The notes below the pieces were generated by a model. It did not search any database. It saw only the letters and a program-made list of their open reading frames with translations, and was not told where the DNA came from. Below, in pieces: positions 1-9,980 of a stretch of 32,000 nucleotides of DNA (positions within the stretch are counted from its first letter, which is position 1; every line of letters begins with the position of its first letter). Both the position numbers and the translations under genes were made by a program. This DNA is from Promethearchaeota archaeon. Its GTDB lineage: Archaea; Asgardarchaeota; Lokiarchaeia; Sigyniarchaeales; SOKP01. The DNA lies in assembly GCA_030606485.1 (NCBI GenBank), contig JAUWGH010000004.1, positions 419,003 through 451,002 on the forward strand, written 5' to 3'.

Positions 1-59
1 TTTTTAGAAAAGAAAAAAATTAAACAGTAAGTTTAAATATATAAATATAAAAAATTTTT

Positions 60-1592
60 GTGCCTTATCTTAAAAAAATATCACTAATAATTCTTATTTT
101 GCTTTTTTTAGCACAATTAATAATAATTATTCCAAATATAATTGCAGTACTTCAAATAAATATTTTGAATTTTAACACTGATAAAAATGAATATTTTACG
201 GATGAGAATATAATAATAGAAGCTTCTTGGGATTTAAATTACAATCCGATTGAAGAATGGGCATATGTTCAGATACAACTCTATAATAATCTTGATCAGA
301 TATTATGGTGCTCAGAGCAAAATGATAGTATGGGAATAATTAATAAAACTTGGGATATCAATATAATAGATTTGAATTTTAATTTTTCGGAAAATTCTAT
401 CAACTTTAGTGTTATTTTTTATCTTTTTCATATAGTTGGTGAGGAAATTATTTTTTCTGGTCCTATTGCTATAAAATCTATTCAAATTTCGAAAAAATTA
501 ATTTCTTGCTCTTTATTCAATTATACAGAAAAAATCAATTACGGTGAATCCATAAGTTTTCAAGCTCTATTCTATAATATCACAAAAAATGAAACTTATT
601 ATCCTGATAATCTTTCAATCACTTTAGAATTATATAAGGCAAATAAGTCTATTTTTAGTCAAAACTATAATACTGTAAATGGATCGATTAATATTACTAT
701 CTCAACCTCAACATTTTTAATTGTTGGTCAAATTGAATTAAAATTAATAGCTTCTGAGAATTTCTTTTATTTTGGCAATATTTTCAGTTATGATTTAGAA
801 GTCGAGAAATTGAATTTATTATGTTCTTTATCGAATTATACAGAAAAGATTAATTACGGTGAATCCATAAGTTTTCAAGCTCTATTCTATAATATCACCA
901 AAAATGAAACTTATTATCCTGATAATCTGTTAGTAACCCTAGAAATCTATAAACAAAAGGAATTAGTTTACGATGAACAATATAATACTATAAATGGGTT
1001 AATATATATTACTATCTCAACTTTAACATTCCCAATTATTGGTGAATTTAAATTAAATTTAATAACCCCTAATGATAATATTTATTTTAATCAAATTTTT
1101 ACTTACAGTTTAAAAGTTCAAAGGTTGGGAATAAATTATTCTATAAATGAATATAATCATAATGTAAAATATAACGAAGATACAACAATTAACATAAGAT
1201 TTTTTAACCACAGTAATGGTCAAATTCGATATTTAGAAATCATTAACATAAGTGTGAGAATTTTTTCAAATAATACTCTGATTTACAAAAGTTTTTATAA
1301 TAGTAATAAAAATGGGACACTTATTATAGTAATTCCAAGCGAAATATTTGAAGAAAGTGGAGAAAAATTAATTTACATCGACATTTACAATAATTTATAT
1401 TACAAAGATCTATCAATCAACTTAACATTAGTTTTTAATAATAACCAAAATGAAAATAATTTAATCTTTACTTTTGGTAATGTAATTTTAGTTTTTGTTA
1501 TAAGTCTTATTAGTGGTGCAGGAACTTTATTTATTTTCCAAAGAAAGAGAAAATTTAATAAAAATATATTTGAGATAACATTCAAACATTAA
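60..1592 (+). CDS. Putative surface glycoprotein: N-terminal signal/TM segment, about three 105-aa beta-rich repeats, C-terminal TM anchor with basic tail
   Basis: Hydrophobic N-terminus (ISLIILILLFLAQLIIII); C-terminal TM followed by QRKRK; many N-x-S/T sequons; near-identical internal repeat NYTEKINYGESISFQALFYNITKNETYYPDNL. Confidence 0.6.
   Translation: MPYLKKISLIILILLFLAQLIIIIPNIIAVLQINILNFNTDKNEYFTDENIIIEASWDLNYNPIEEWAYVQIQLYNNLDQILWCSEQNDSMGIINKTWDINIIDLNFNFSENSINFSVIFYLFHIVGEEIIFSGPIAIKSIQISKKLISCSLFNYTEKINYGESISFQALFYNITKNETYYPDNLSITLELYKANKSIFSQNYNTVNGSINITISTSTFLIVGQIELKLIASENFFYFGNIFSYDLEVEKLNLLCSLSNYTEKINYGESISFQALFYNITKNETYYPDNLLVTLEIYKQKELVYDEQYNTINGLIYITISTLTFPIIGEFKLNLITPNDNIYFNQIFTYSLKVQRLGINYSINEYNHNVKYNEDTTINIRFFNHSNGQIRYLEIINISVRIFSNNTLIYKSFYNSNKNGTLIIVIPSEIFEESGEKLIYIDIYNNLYYKDLSINLTLVFNNNQNENNLIFTFGNVILVFVISLISGAGTLFIFQRKRKFNKNIFEITFKH
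507..928 (+). repeat. Intragenic direct repeat, period 315 bp (105 codons)
   Basis: 537-613 and 852-928 are identical except one synonymous base (584 vs 899); similarity extends back to 507/822. Confidence 0.9.
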
Positions 1593-1628
1593 AGCAATTA
1601 TAAATTTTCGAATTAATTAAACCAAAAT

Positions 1629-3431
1629 TTATGAGACATAATAAAATTCATTTATTTTTTTCTGATATTCATCTTTTGTACTTCCTAGTTTATTTACTCT
1701 GGGTCGTTTCGTTAAATTATCTCGTCTAAATGTAATATCCATAACTTTAAGAAATCTGTTAAAACCATCTCTCAACCCCAATGGAACTGAAGCATGTCCT
1801 TTTATTCCTGGGACACCCTCAAAAATCAAAATTGAATCTGCAATGAAATCTTGCGTAACTATATCATGTTCGACAACAAAAGCTGCTTTTTTCAGTTCTT
1901 CAATAACTTTTCTAATTAATTGAGCAACATTTAATCTCATTTCAACATCTAAAAAAGCGCAAGGTTCGTCCAGTAAAAATATATCTGCTTTTTCAGCCAA
2001 GCATTTTGCGATTTCAACACGTTGTAGCTCACCTCCACTTAATTCAGTAATCTTTCTTTGTTCAATATTTCGTAAATTGAGGTTATTGATTAAACGTTTT
2101 ATAATAGGTGGAGATAAATGAGGTTTTGATTTAATATTAGATATTATATTGCCAACCGTTAAATCTTGTTCTGGTTTAATATATTGTGGTTTTATTGATA
2201 CGATAAGTTCAGTAGATTCTTTTTGAGAAATAACTTTCTTAAGATTCATCTGATTGGCTATAAGATTAATGAATGTAGTCTTCCCAATAGCATTTGGGCC
2301 TAAGATCCCTATAACTTCACCAGCATGTATCTCACTACCTGATACTTTTAAATGAAACTCTCCTCTGTGTGTTTCTAAATCATTATATGAAAAAATAATT
2401 TTTCCTTTGTCAAAAGAAGAAATTTGTGGAGGACGGACATGAAAAATTATCGAGTCTTCTCGAATGCGCATATTTTCATCTTTGATGTAACCTTGTAAGT
2501 AAATGTTTATTCCATTACGTACACTTTGAGGGTGTGAAATTATTCCATATACTCCGGGTTTTCCGTAAAAAATTGCTACGTAATCACTTAAATAATCTAG
2601 GATAGCTAGATCATGCTCAACAACTACGATTGTTTTCCCTTTTTCTGCTAAGGATCTAATAATTCTTGCTATTTTAATTCGTTCACTTACGTCTAAATAT
2701 GATGTTGGCTCGTCTATCAAATATACATCGCCATTTCTTAAAACTGCAACTGCTATTAACATTCTTTGTAATTCTCCTCCAGATAAGACAGAAATCTCTC
2801 TATTCAAAATTTTACTTAAGTTTAATTTTTTAATGATTTCGTCTAAATAATAATTATTACATATTCCTTTCAAGATATCTCCCACTTTTCCTGAAACCCT
2901 TTTAGGAGTATCAGTAATATTTTGGGGTTTATGGATTATCTTAATATTTTTTTCCCTTAAATCAATAAAATATCCTTGTAATTCTGAACCTTTAAATTGA
3001 TTTATAATTTTATTCCAATCTGGAGTATCATTACCGAATTTGCCTAAATTAAGAATTATTTCTCCTGCTAAAATTTTTAACATAGTACTTTTTCCACAAC
3101 CATTGGGTCCAATTAATCCTAAAACACTTCCCTTCTTAGGTATTGCCATACGAAATAAAGCAAAGCCATCTATAGCATATCTATGGGAGATTTCATTTCT
3201 CAACATATCAGGTAGATTTACTATGCTGATACTATTAAATGGACACTTTTTAACACAAATTCCGCATCCAGAGCACAAATTTTCAAAAATTTCAATTTTT
3301 TTCTCATTTATTAAATTTATTGTTTTAACACCTGTTCTCACCATAGGACAATATTTTATACAAGGTTTTTGACCAAATGGACTACATTTATGTGGTTTAC
3401 AAGTCTCTCTATCAAGAACGGCTATTCGCAT
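1629..3431 (-). CDS. rli: Ribosome recycling ATPase ABCE1/Rli1
   Basis: N-terminal Fe-S domain (CKPHKC..CIKYCP..CSGCGICVKKCP); two ABC domains (GPNGCGKS/LSGGELQR/LIDEPT and GPNAIGKT/LSGGELQR/LLDEP); conserved ITFRRD...RPRVNK C-terminus. Confidence 0.97.
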   Translation of the reverse strand: MRIAVLDRETCKPHKCSPFGQKPCIKYCPMVRTGVKTINLINEKKIEIFENLCSGCGICVKKCPFNSISIVNLPDMLRNEISHRYAIDGFALFRMAIPKKGSVLGLIGPNGCGKSTMLKILAGEIILNLGKFGNDTPDWNKIINQFKGSELQGYFIDLREKNIKIIHKPQNITDTPKRVSGKVGDILKGICNNYYLDEIIKKLNLSKILNREISVLSGGELQRMLIAVAVLRNGDVYLIDEPTSYLDVSERIKIARIIRSLAEKGKTIVVVEHDLAILDYLSDYVAIFYGKPGVYGIISHPQSVRNGINIYLQGYIKDENMRIREDSIIFHVRPPQISSFDKGKIIFSYNDLETHRGEFHLKVSGSEIHAGEVIGILGPNAIGKTTFINLIANQMNLKKVISQKESTELIVSIKPQYIKPEQDLTVGNIISNIKSKPHLSPPIIKRLINNLNLRNIEQRKITELSGGELQRVEIAKCLAEKADIFLLDEPCAFLDVEMRLNVAQLIRKVIEELKKAAFVVEHDIVTQDFIADSILIFEGVPGIKGHASVPLGLRDGFNRFLKVMDITFRRDNLTKRPRVNKLGSTKDEYQKKINEFYYVS

Positions 3432-3534
3432 ATTTAATTTACATTTAATTATATTTAAAAACTAAAAATTAAATTTGTCTAAAAACTTTTATCTTTATAT
3501 TAATAAAGAATATTTAATTTTTAATTAAAATATA

Positions 3535-5253
3535 TTGAGGACTTTGCACAAAGAGTACCCTATTCACTGGCTTGAAAAAATTATTAATAAAATTTTAAAC
3601 AAAAATTTATTAGAAATTACTTTAGCTACTGGTAAAACACCCTCTGGACATATTCATATTGGGATTTTAAGAGAGCTAATAATATGTGATTCAATTCGTA
3701 GAAAATTAGAGGAATATGATAAAAAAGTAAATTTTTTCTTATTTATCGATAGTTTAGATGCTGCTAAACGCTTTCCTGAATATATTGAAAAAACTTTTAC
3801 AAAAAAATATTTAGGAAAACCATTCTCGAAAATTCCGTGCCCCTTCGATGAATCGGATTGTAAAAGTTATTCTGATTATTTTGGAACAGAACTCATCTCA
3901 ACTTTTAAACAATTTGGAATAAAAGTTGATATAATTTGGACTCATGAATTATATCAGGATTCGATAATGAAGGATAAGATAAGAATCTCGTTAAATAATA
4001 CTGATAAAATCAAGGAGATAGTTAGAAAAAATATTTTACCAACTTTAGACGAAAAAAATAGGAAATTATTTATAGATACTCAAAAGGACTGGTTTCCAGC
4101 GATGGTTATTTGCGAAAAATGTGGTAAAATGCAAAAAATAGATGATAATAATTCAATACAACCTAATCGTGTTTTATCTTATGACAAAAATAAAGATACT
4201 GTTTCCTTTTCTTGCACATCATGCGGTAATAGTGGAGAAATTCCAATTAATAAAGGAGAATTAAAATTAAATTGGCGAGTTGATTGGCCTGCTAAATGGG
4301 CAATATTTAAAACTACTTGTGAACCTGCAGGAAAAGATCATAGCGTTAAAGGAGGATCTTATGACACTGGTTTGGAAATATGTAAAACTATTTTCAATTA
4401 TGATGGACCAATCAAATTAAGTTATGAATGGTTAAGATTGGGAGATCAGGATATGAAGACATCAAAGGGAATAATCTTTACACCAAAAAAATACCTTGAA
4501 ATAGCTAATCCCGAAATTTTACGCATGTTATTTTTAAGAACACTTCCAAATAAACATATTTCATTTAGACTTGAAGAATTATATCAGCTTTACGACTATT
4601 ATGAAAAAATGGAAAACGTTTATTATAATATTGAACGTGTTAGTTCAGAAACAGAAGAAAAATTTCTAAAATATATTTATCCACTATGTCAAACAAATAG
4701 TATTTCAACGAAAAAACCTCTTAGATTACCTTTTAAGTATTTAACTACTATAGTACAATTAAAAAACATTCTAAAAATCGAGGAAATATATGAAAAAGCA
4801 AGAAAAATTTTAAAATATAAAGGTTTTGATGAGAATCTTCCTTTTAATGATTTTGAAACACAATTAAATAGGGCGGAAAAATGGATAAATGAAATAAAAT
4901 ATATTTTGAAAAATGAAAAAAATGAATCCATTAAAAGAAAAATAATGAATAAAGTAACAATATTTGAAGTTCCTGATACCGTTTCAGAAGATATTAAAAG
5001 TAATTTAAGTCCCACTCAAAAATTAGGAATAAAAATGTTAAAGATGTTTTTAATCTCAAATAAGGATTTAATTGATGAAGTAATTCAAAATAAAATTTTT
5101 GATATAGCTAAAAATGAATTAAAAATCAAACCCCAGAAATTTTTTAAAGTAATTTATTTAATATTAATAGGAAAAGAATTCGGTCCAAGATTAGGGCCAT
5201 TTCTTCTAATGTTGGATAAAGTTTGGCTAATAAATCGTTTATCTATTGAATGA
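3535..5253 (+). CDS. lysS: Lysine--tRNA ligase, class I
   Basis: GKTPSGHIHIG (HIGH-like), WRVDWPAKW, EPAGKDH, DMKTSKG (KMSKS-like), C-terminal GPRLG; TTG start. Confidence 0.95.
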   Translation: MRTLHKEYPIHWLEKIINKILNKNLLEITLATGKTPSGHIHIGILRELIICDSIRRKLEEYDKKVNFFLFIDSLDAAKRFPEYIEKTFTKKYLGKPFSKIPCPFDESDCKSYSDYFGTELISTFKQFGIKVDIIWTHELYQDSIMKDKIRISLNNTDKIKEIVRKNILPTLDEKNRKLFIDTQKDWFPAMVICEKCGKMQKIDDNNSIQPNRVLSYDKNKDTVSFSCTSCGNSGEIPINKGELKLNWRVDWPAKWAIFKTTCEPAGKDHSVKGGSYDTGLEICKTIFNYDGPIKLSYEWLRLGDQDMKTSKGIIFTPKKYLEIANPEILRMLFLRTLPNKHISFRLEELYQLYDYYEKMENVYYNIERVSSETEEKFLKYIYPLCQTNSISTKKPLRLPFKYLTTIVQLKNILKIEEIYEKARKILKYKGFDENLPFNDFETQLNRAEKWINEIKYILKNEKNESIKRKIMNKVTIFEVPDTVSEDIKSNLSPTQKLGIKMLKMFLISNKDLIDEVIQNKIFDIAKNELKIKPQKFFKVIYLILIGKEFGPRLGPFLLMLDKVWLINRLSIE

Positions 5254-5290
5254 AGAATTCTTTTATAGATTCATTTTGCCTGTGCTTTTT

Positions 5291-5512
5291 CTATAATTTT
5301 TTAGAAACACTCTTTTTAATTTTATTCTTAAATCGTTTAAATATTGATCCTTTCATTTCTTTTTCTTTTTTTTCTTGTTGGATTTTTTGGAAGCATTTAT
5401 CACAATATTCTTTAGTTTCTGAAATCATGTTGTTGCATTTTAAACAATGCTTATGTGGATAGATCAATTCAGTTTTTTTTTTATACTTTTCAAACTTACT
5501 CAACAGATTCAC
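5291..5512 (-). CDS. Small Zn-ribbon protein, DUF2116-like
   Basis: PHKHCxxC...YCxxC motif; GTG start inside an AGGTGA SD-like string. Confidence 0.6.
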   Translation of the reverse strand: MNLLSKFEKYKKKTELIYPHKHCLKCNNMISETKEYCDKCFQKIQQEKKEKEMKGSIFKRFKNKIKKSVSKKL

Positions 5513-5585
5513 CTTATCACAAAATTATTTAGATAATTAAAAAAATTATTGGCTTTTTAAAGGATTTATTAAAAATAATGAATAG

Positions 5586-6209
5586 ATGATTGAAAAAAAA
5601 TTATTTCAGGATATCCGGTTTTCTTTTATATTAATTTTAATTTTTTTCATTATATTACTACCTTTTTTACTTTTTAAAAAAAATATATATATAATTACTT
5701 CAAATTCAATGTCTCCTTATCTAAACATTGGAGACCTTATTTATGTAGAAAAAAAAAATAGTTCAAGCATAAAAGTTGGATTTAATGAGGGAGATATCTT
5801 AATTATCCGAGGTCCTAATTATTACTATGAAAATGGTTTAAATCCTTTTTTTTTTAACAATTTATTGAATAATACACCAATCATACATAGAGCTATTGAT
5901 AAAAAAATAATTAATGAAAAATATTATTTTTTAATGAAAGGAGATAATAATCTTCTAGTCGATGGAGCCTATAAAATAATTAATAGTTCTGAAGATTATA
6001 GTTATTTTTTCATTGAATATAACAAATCAGATGCTATATATGTTAGCGAAGATGAAGTTTTAGGTGTGTATATATTCAAAATTCCTTATATTGGGTATCT
6101 AAAAATATTTTTCCCTTATATTCTAATTTTTATTATCTCCATAATCATAATATTGATCTGTTTGAAATTAACTGGTTACAAAATTATAATAATTAAAACT
6201 AAATCTTAA
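5586..6209 (+). CDS. sec11: Signal peptidase I, archaeal/Sec11-type (S26)
   Basis: N-terminal TM; SNSMSP (catalytic Ser), GDLI, IIHRA (His), KGDNN; C-terminal TM. Confidence 0.88.
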   Translation: MIEKKLFQDIRFSFILILIFFIILLPFLLFKKNIYIITSNSMSPYLNIGDLIYVEKKNSSSIKVGFNEGDILIIRGPNYYYENGLNPFFFNNLLNNTPIIHRAIDKKIINEKYYFLMKGDNNLLVDGAYKIINSSEDYSYFFIEYNKSDAIYVSEDEVLGVYIFKIPYIGYLKIFFPYILIFIISIIIILICLKLTGYKIIIIKTKS

Positions 6210-6268
6210 TAAAAAATCACTAAATTCTTCGGAATTTAAAAATTTCTATCAAAATTAAATTCAGCAAA

Positions 6269-7453
6269 ATGATAAAAAAAGGAAAATATAATCTTTTCTC
6301 TTTTTCTATAGAAAATGAAATGATTATATATCATAGTAAAAATAGAATGAAAAAAATAGTTATTTTTAATCTTCTGAAGACAAATAACTTAGAAAAGATG
6401 ATTCCGCTTTTAAGCACATTATTAAAGAAAGGTTTGATAAAATATTATTCTATTCAATTTTTAAATAAAAAACATCTAAAAACTCTTATTCTATTGAATT
6501 ACCAAGATAAGAAAAAAGAGAATATTTTGATGTCTCTAAGTAAAATTAAGGAAGAAATAAAAGAATATTCAATAAAAGAATCTTTACATATAATATTTTT
6601 GACTGATAATGAATTGAAAAGAGAGTTTATTAATATTATTGTTGAAGAGGATTTAGATAAAACTATAAAAATAAATATTAGAAATAAATTCTGTGTTATA
6701 AAAAATAATAAAAATATTCAATCAATTAAATTATATTCATTATATCTTATTCAAGATACATTAATAGATTCTATTTTAAATATATTTTTCAACCTTATTA
6801 CTGATTTAGGAATAAAAGGAAATTTAATTTTAAATTTTAAATTAAAGAATGGAAATATCATTTTTTCCTCATTTTTTTTAAAATATTTTTATAATAAAAA
6901 TACGGCCTCTAAAAATGTTGAAACAATCAATGAATTTATTTCTAATGAATTATACATCAAGGAACAGAAAATCAAAATAAATATGATTGGATATATATTA
7001 TGGAGATTAAATTTTAATAAAAATTATTATGATTATGATAAAAATAAAGACTTAGTATTCTCTCTATGTAGTACTATTAAAGAAAATGAAAAATCGTTTG
7101 TCTTAAATGGCAAAAAAAGTTCATTATCACCAATTACTAAAAATTTTATGCATCTTCTCATAGAATTTCTAAAAAGAAATAATATTGAGTTTAATAAAAA
7201 AGATTCCCACTTAATAGAAATAAAGAACCAATATATAATTTTATCAATTGATGATTTTAATCCATCAATAATTAATAATATCGTCCAAAAATATTATCAA
7301 AATCGAATTATCTATATAATATTACATGATGCACTTTTTTTTAAAAAGTTAGTATTAGAAACTAAAATCACCAGTCTTTTAGGAGTTAAAATCTTCAATC
7401 CAATAAGCTTCATTAAATTCTTGAAAAAAGCAAATTCGTTAATGATCTATTAA
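6269..7453 (+). CDS. Hypothetical protein (394 aa)
   Basis: Long uninterrupted ORF with genome-typical composition; no motif recognised. Confidence 0.6.
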   Translation: MIKKGKYNLFSFSIENEMIIYHSKNRMKKIVIFNLLKTNNLEKMIPLLSTLLKKGLIKYYSIQFLNKKHLKTLILLNYQDKKKENILMSLSKIKEEIKEYSIKESLHIIFLTDNELKREFINIIVEEDLDKTIKINIRNKFCVIKNNKNIQSIKLYSLYLIQDTLIDSILNIFFNLITDLGIKGNLILNFKLKNGNIIFSSFFLKYFYNKNTASKNVETINEFISNELYIKEQKIKINMIGYILWRLNFNKNYYDYDKNKDLVFSLCSTIKENEKSFVLNGKKSSLSPITKNFMHLLIEFLKRNNIEFNKKDSHLIEIKNQYIILSIDDFNPSIINNIVQKYYQNRIIYIILHDALFFKKLVLETKITSLLGVKIFNPISFIKFLKKANSLMIY

Positions 7454-7522
7454 ATTAAGTGCTTTGTTCAAAACAATCAATATCCAAACTTGAGAAAAAG
7501 TGATATTTGTAATTAAAAATAA

Positions 7523-7786
7523 CTAAAAAATTCCCAAATCTATAGCTAGATCAGAGGCTGAGTTATCTGGGTGAAGTTTAATAAATGCTTTTTTTTTCCC
7601 ATCAGGTGTTATTAAAGTATTTACCTTTACAACTTTAACTTTATGTATTCTTTCAATTGCCTTTTTAATTTGATTTTTATTTGCTTTTCTTTCTACATAA
7701 AAAACAAGTTTGTTTTCATTTTCTATTAAATCAAATGTATTTTCAGTTATCAATGGCTTTTTAATAATTTTATAATCATTTTCCAT
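7523..7786 (-). CDS. rpl23: 50S ribosomal protein uL23
   Basis: IIKKPLITE..ENKLVFYV..ANKNQIK..VNTLITPDGKKKAFIKL. Confidence 0.97.
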   Translation of the reverse strand: MENDYKIIKKPLITENTFDLIENENKLVFYVERKANKNQIKKAIERIHKVKVVKVNTLITPDGKKKAFIKLHPDNSASDLAIDLGIF

Positions 7787-7790
7787 AAAT

Positions 7791-8579
7791 TTACACCAAT
7801 ATTTTAAATTGATTTAATTCATTGAAAGCATTATGTGCCCATAAAACTAGTCTCCCTGGAATTCCACCGGGAGCAAAATCAATGGTTGATATATTATTTA
7901 TATTTTTAATGTCTACTCCAGGAATATTTCTTGCAGCTTTATATATCCCAAAATCTTCCTTTATGATGATCAAAATTCCTTTTTTATTTTTATATTTCCT
8001 ACCTCTCCTTTTACCTTTACCAGCTCTAATCTTTTTTCCTTTTTTGAAACGTTTAATCTCATTCTCTAATCCTAATTTTATAAAGATTTCCATTATCTTT
8101 TTAGTATTTTTTATAGTTTGAATTTTATCATCTATAACTAATGGAATTTCAGGGATATCTTCAGTAACATACCCTCTTTTTTTGACCCAATTTATATCAC
8201 CAGAAGCAGAAATTGATGATATCAATGCAATTGATTTTTCTTTCTTGTTTATTTTTTTAACTATTTTTTTTGTAGGTCTTGGAGCATGTGGTAATCTACC
8301 TCCTTTTACAGAAGGAATAAATCCCGCATTTCTTGCAGTTAAAAACCCGGAACCTTGTATTCTGGGTACTCTAGCCATCCCAAACCCAGTCCCCCAGCTA
8401 CGAGCAGTATTTCTTTTACCGGCAAGGGGATCCCTTCCTTGTTTTTGTTTACTTTGACTAAAGTGGGCATTTATTGCTCTTTGAATCAAGTATAACTTTG
8501 GTTTTTCCTTAAATATTTGCGGTATCGAAACTGATCCTTTAGGTTTTCCATTTAAATTATAAATATTTATTTTTTCCAT
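7791..8579 (-). CDS. rpl4: 50S ribosomal protein uL4
   Basis: GRDPLAG..TARSWGTGFGMARVPR..GGR..HAP; RAGKGKRRGRKY; FAPGGIPGRL. Confidence 0.97.
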   Translation of the reverse strand: MEKINIYNLNGKPKGSVSIPQIFKEKPKLYLIQRAINAHFSQSKQKQGRDPLAGKRNTARSWGTGFGMARVPRIQGSGFLTARNAGFIPSVKGGRLPHAPRPTKKIVKKINKKEKSIALISSISASGDINWVKKRGYVTEDIPEIPLVIDDKIQTIKNTKKIMEIFIKLGLENEIKRFKKGKKIRAGKGKRRGRKYKNKKGILIIIKEDFGIYKAARNIPGVDIKNINNISTIDFAPGGIPGRLVLWAHNAFNELNQFKILV

Positions 8580-8592
8580 AATACATCAATTC

Positions 8593-9612
8593 TTATTTTA
8601 ATTGTTGGCTTTCTCGATTAATATATGTAATTTCTATTTGTGAATCAATAAATTTTTGAGTGCCTCTAATGGTTTTTCTTAATTGTATTAATCTTTTTTT
8701 AGGGCCAGGTACGGAACCTAAAATCATAATATAATCACCCTTTACAAGGCCATATCTAATAAATCCACCTTTTGGATTAATCTCTTCACCATTCTCACCA
8801 ATTTGCATAATTCTTTTATGGTACTCCGTTCTTTGGTGAAAACCCATTTGCCCTGCTCTTGGGACAGTATATAAAACTCTAGCGGGATGCCATGGACCGA
8901 TGCAAGCAACCACTCTCCTAGCTTTACTATTTTTCCTTGATAAAATAGTAATTCCAAATCGTTTAACAGGACCTTGGAAGCCTTTACCTTTTGTAATGGC
9001 AACAACATCAATTAATTCTCCAAGTTTAAAAACATCTCGAACTCTAATTTCCTTTCCCAAATTTTTAAAAGCTAAATTAAAAGCTTCATTTGGACTATCA
9101 CCATTAGAAATTTTTATTTCAATAATATCTGGTTTTTTCCGTGGTACTGAAGCTTTATGAGGTTGAGTTTGAAAAATTCCAAAAATCTCTGCTCCCTCTT
9201 GGATTTTCTTTTCAATTTCTTTCTTTTCTTCTTTTGGATTAAAATTTTCCAATTTAAAATTTTTAATCTTTCTTAGAAGATACTTATTAATTTCATTAGT
9301 GAAAATATCTCCAATTATATATTTACCATAGTTGTCTTGATTATATATTCTAATTCCAATCAGAATTAATGGAGGAGTATCAATGATAGTAACTGGTTTC
9401 ATTAACTCTTTACCAAATGTTGAACTATATTTATAATCATCGATATATGTAATATGTGTCATTCCTGCTTTAAATCCACTAAAACCCAGAAAGTTTGTTT
9501 CTCCCTCAAGATCTCTCCAATGTTTAATTTGTCCCTTTATTGAAGATGCTCGTTTTCTAGGTAAAAATGCAAGAGAGCCATGCCTTGGCGCGTGTTGCTT
9601 TCTATGTCCCAT
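8593..9612 (-). CDS. rpl3: 50S ribosomal protein uL3 (start moved to the ATG of MGHRK)
   Basis: HAPRHGSLAFLPRKRA, GFKAGMTH, TKGKGFQGPVKRFG, GQMGFHQRTE; AGGTG SD at 9622-9626 supports ATG at 9612 rather than GTG at 9624. Confidence 0.96.
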   Translation of the reverse strand: MGHRKQHAPRHGSLAFLPRKRASSIKGQIKHWRDLEGETNFLGFSGFKAGMTHITYIDDYKYSSTFGKELMKPVTIIDTPPLILIGIRIYNQDNYGKYIIGDIFTNEINKYLLRKIKNFKLENFNPKEEKKEIEKKIQEGAEIFGIFQTQPHKASVPRKKPDIIEIKISNGDSPNEAFNLAFKNLGKEIRVRDVFKLGELIDVVAITKGKGFQGPVKRFGITILSRKNSKARRVVACIGPWHPARVLYTVPRAGQMGFHQRTEYHKRIMQIGENGEEINPKGGFIRYGLVKGDYIMILGSVPGPKKRLIQLRKTIRGTQKFIDSQIEITYINRESQQLK

Positions 9613-9980
9613 ATTGTTTAACACCTAAATTAAATAGATAAAAGAAATAAAATAAATAAATTTTTTGATACAAGAAAAATTAAATAAGATTCAAATAAGA
9701 TTGAAATAAGAAAATATTGATAGATTGTTAAAATTAGAGAAAATTTATTACTTAATTAATTTTTTGATTAATCTTTAAGATTTTAACATTTTTATCTTAA
9801 AGCTAAATTTTCTTATCTCTTTTTTATATCAATTCATTTTTAATTTACTCCCTCTCTCTCTCCAAGGAATAGAATTCTTTTTAAAAAGAATCTTGTTCTA
9901 TTAGACGGTAGTTTCCTTTTCAAAAAAGGAAATAAAAGATTTAAGTCTTATTATTAATAAAAAAAAGGGTTCTATTTAAT

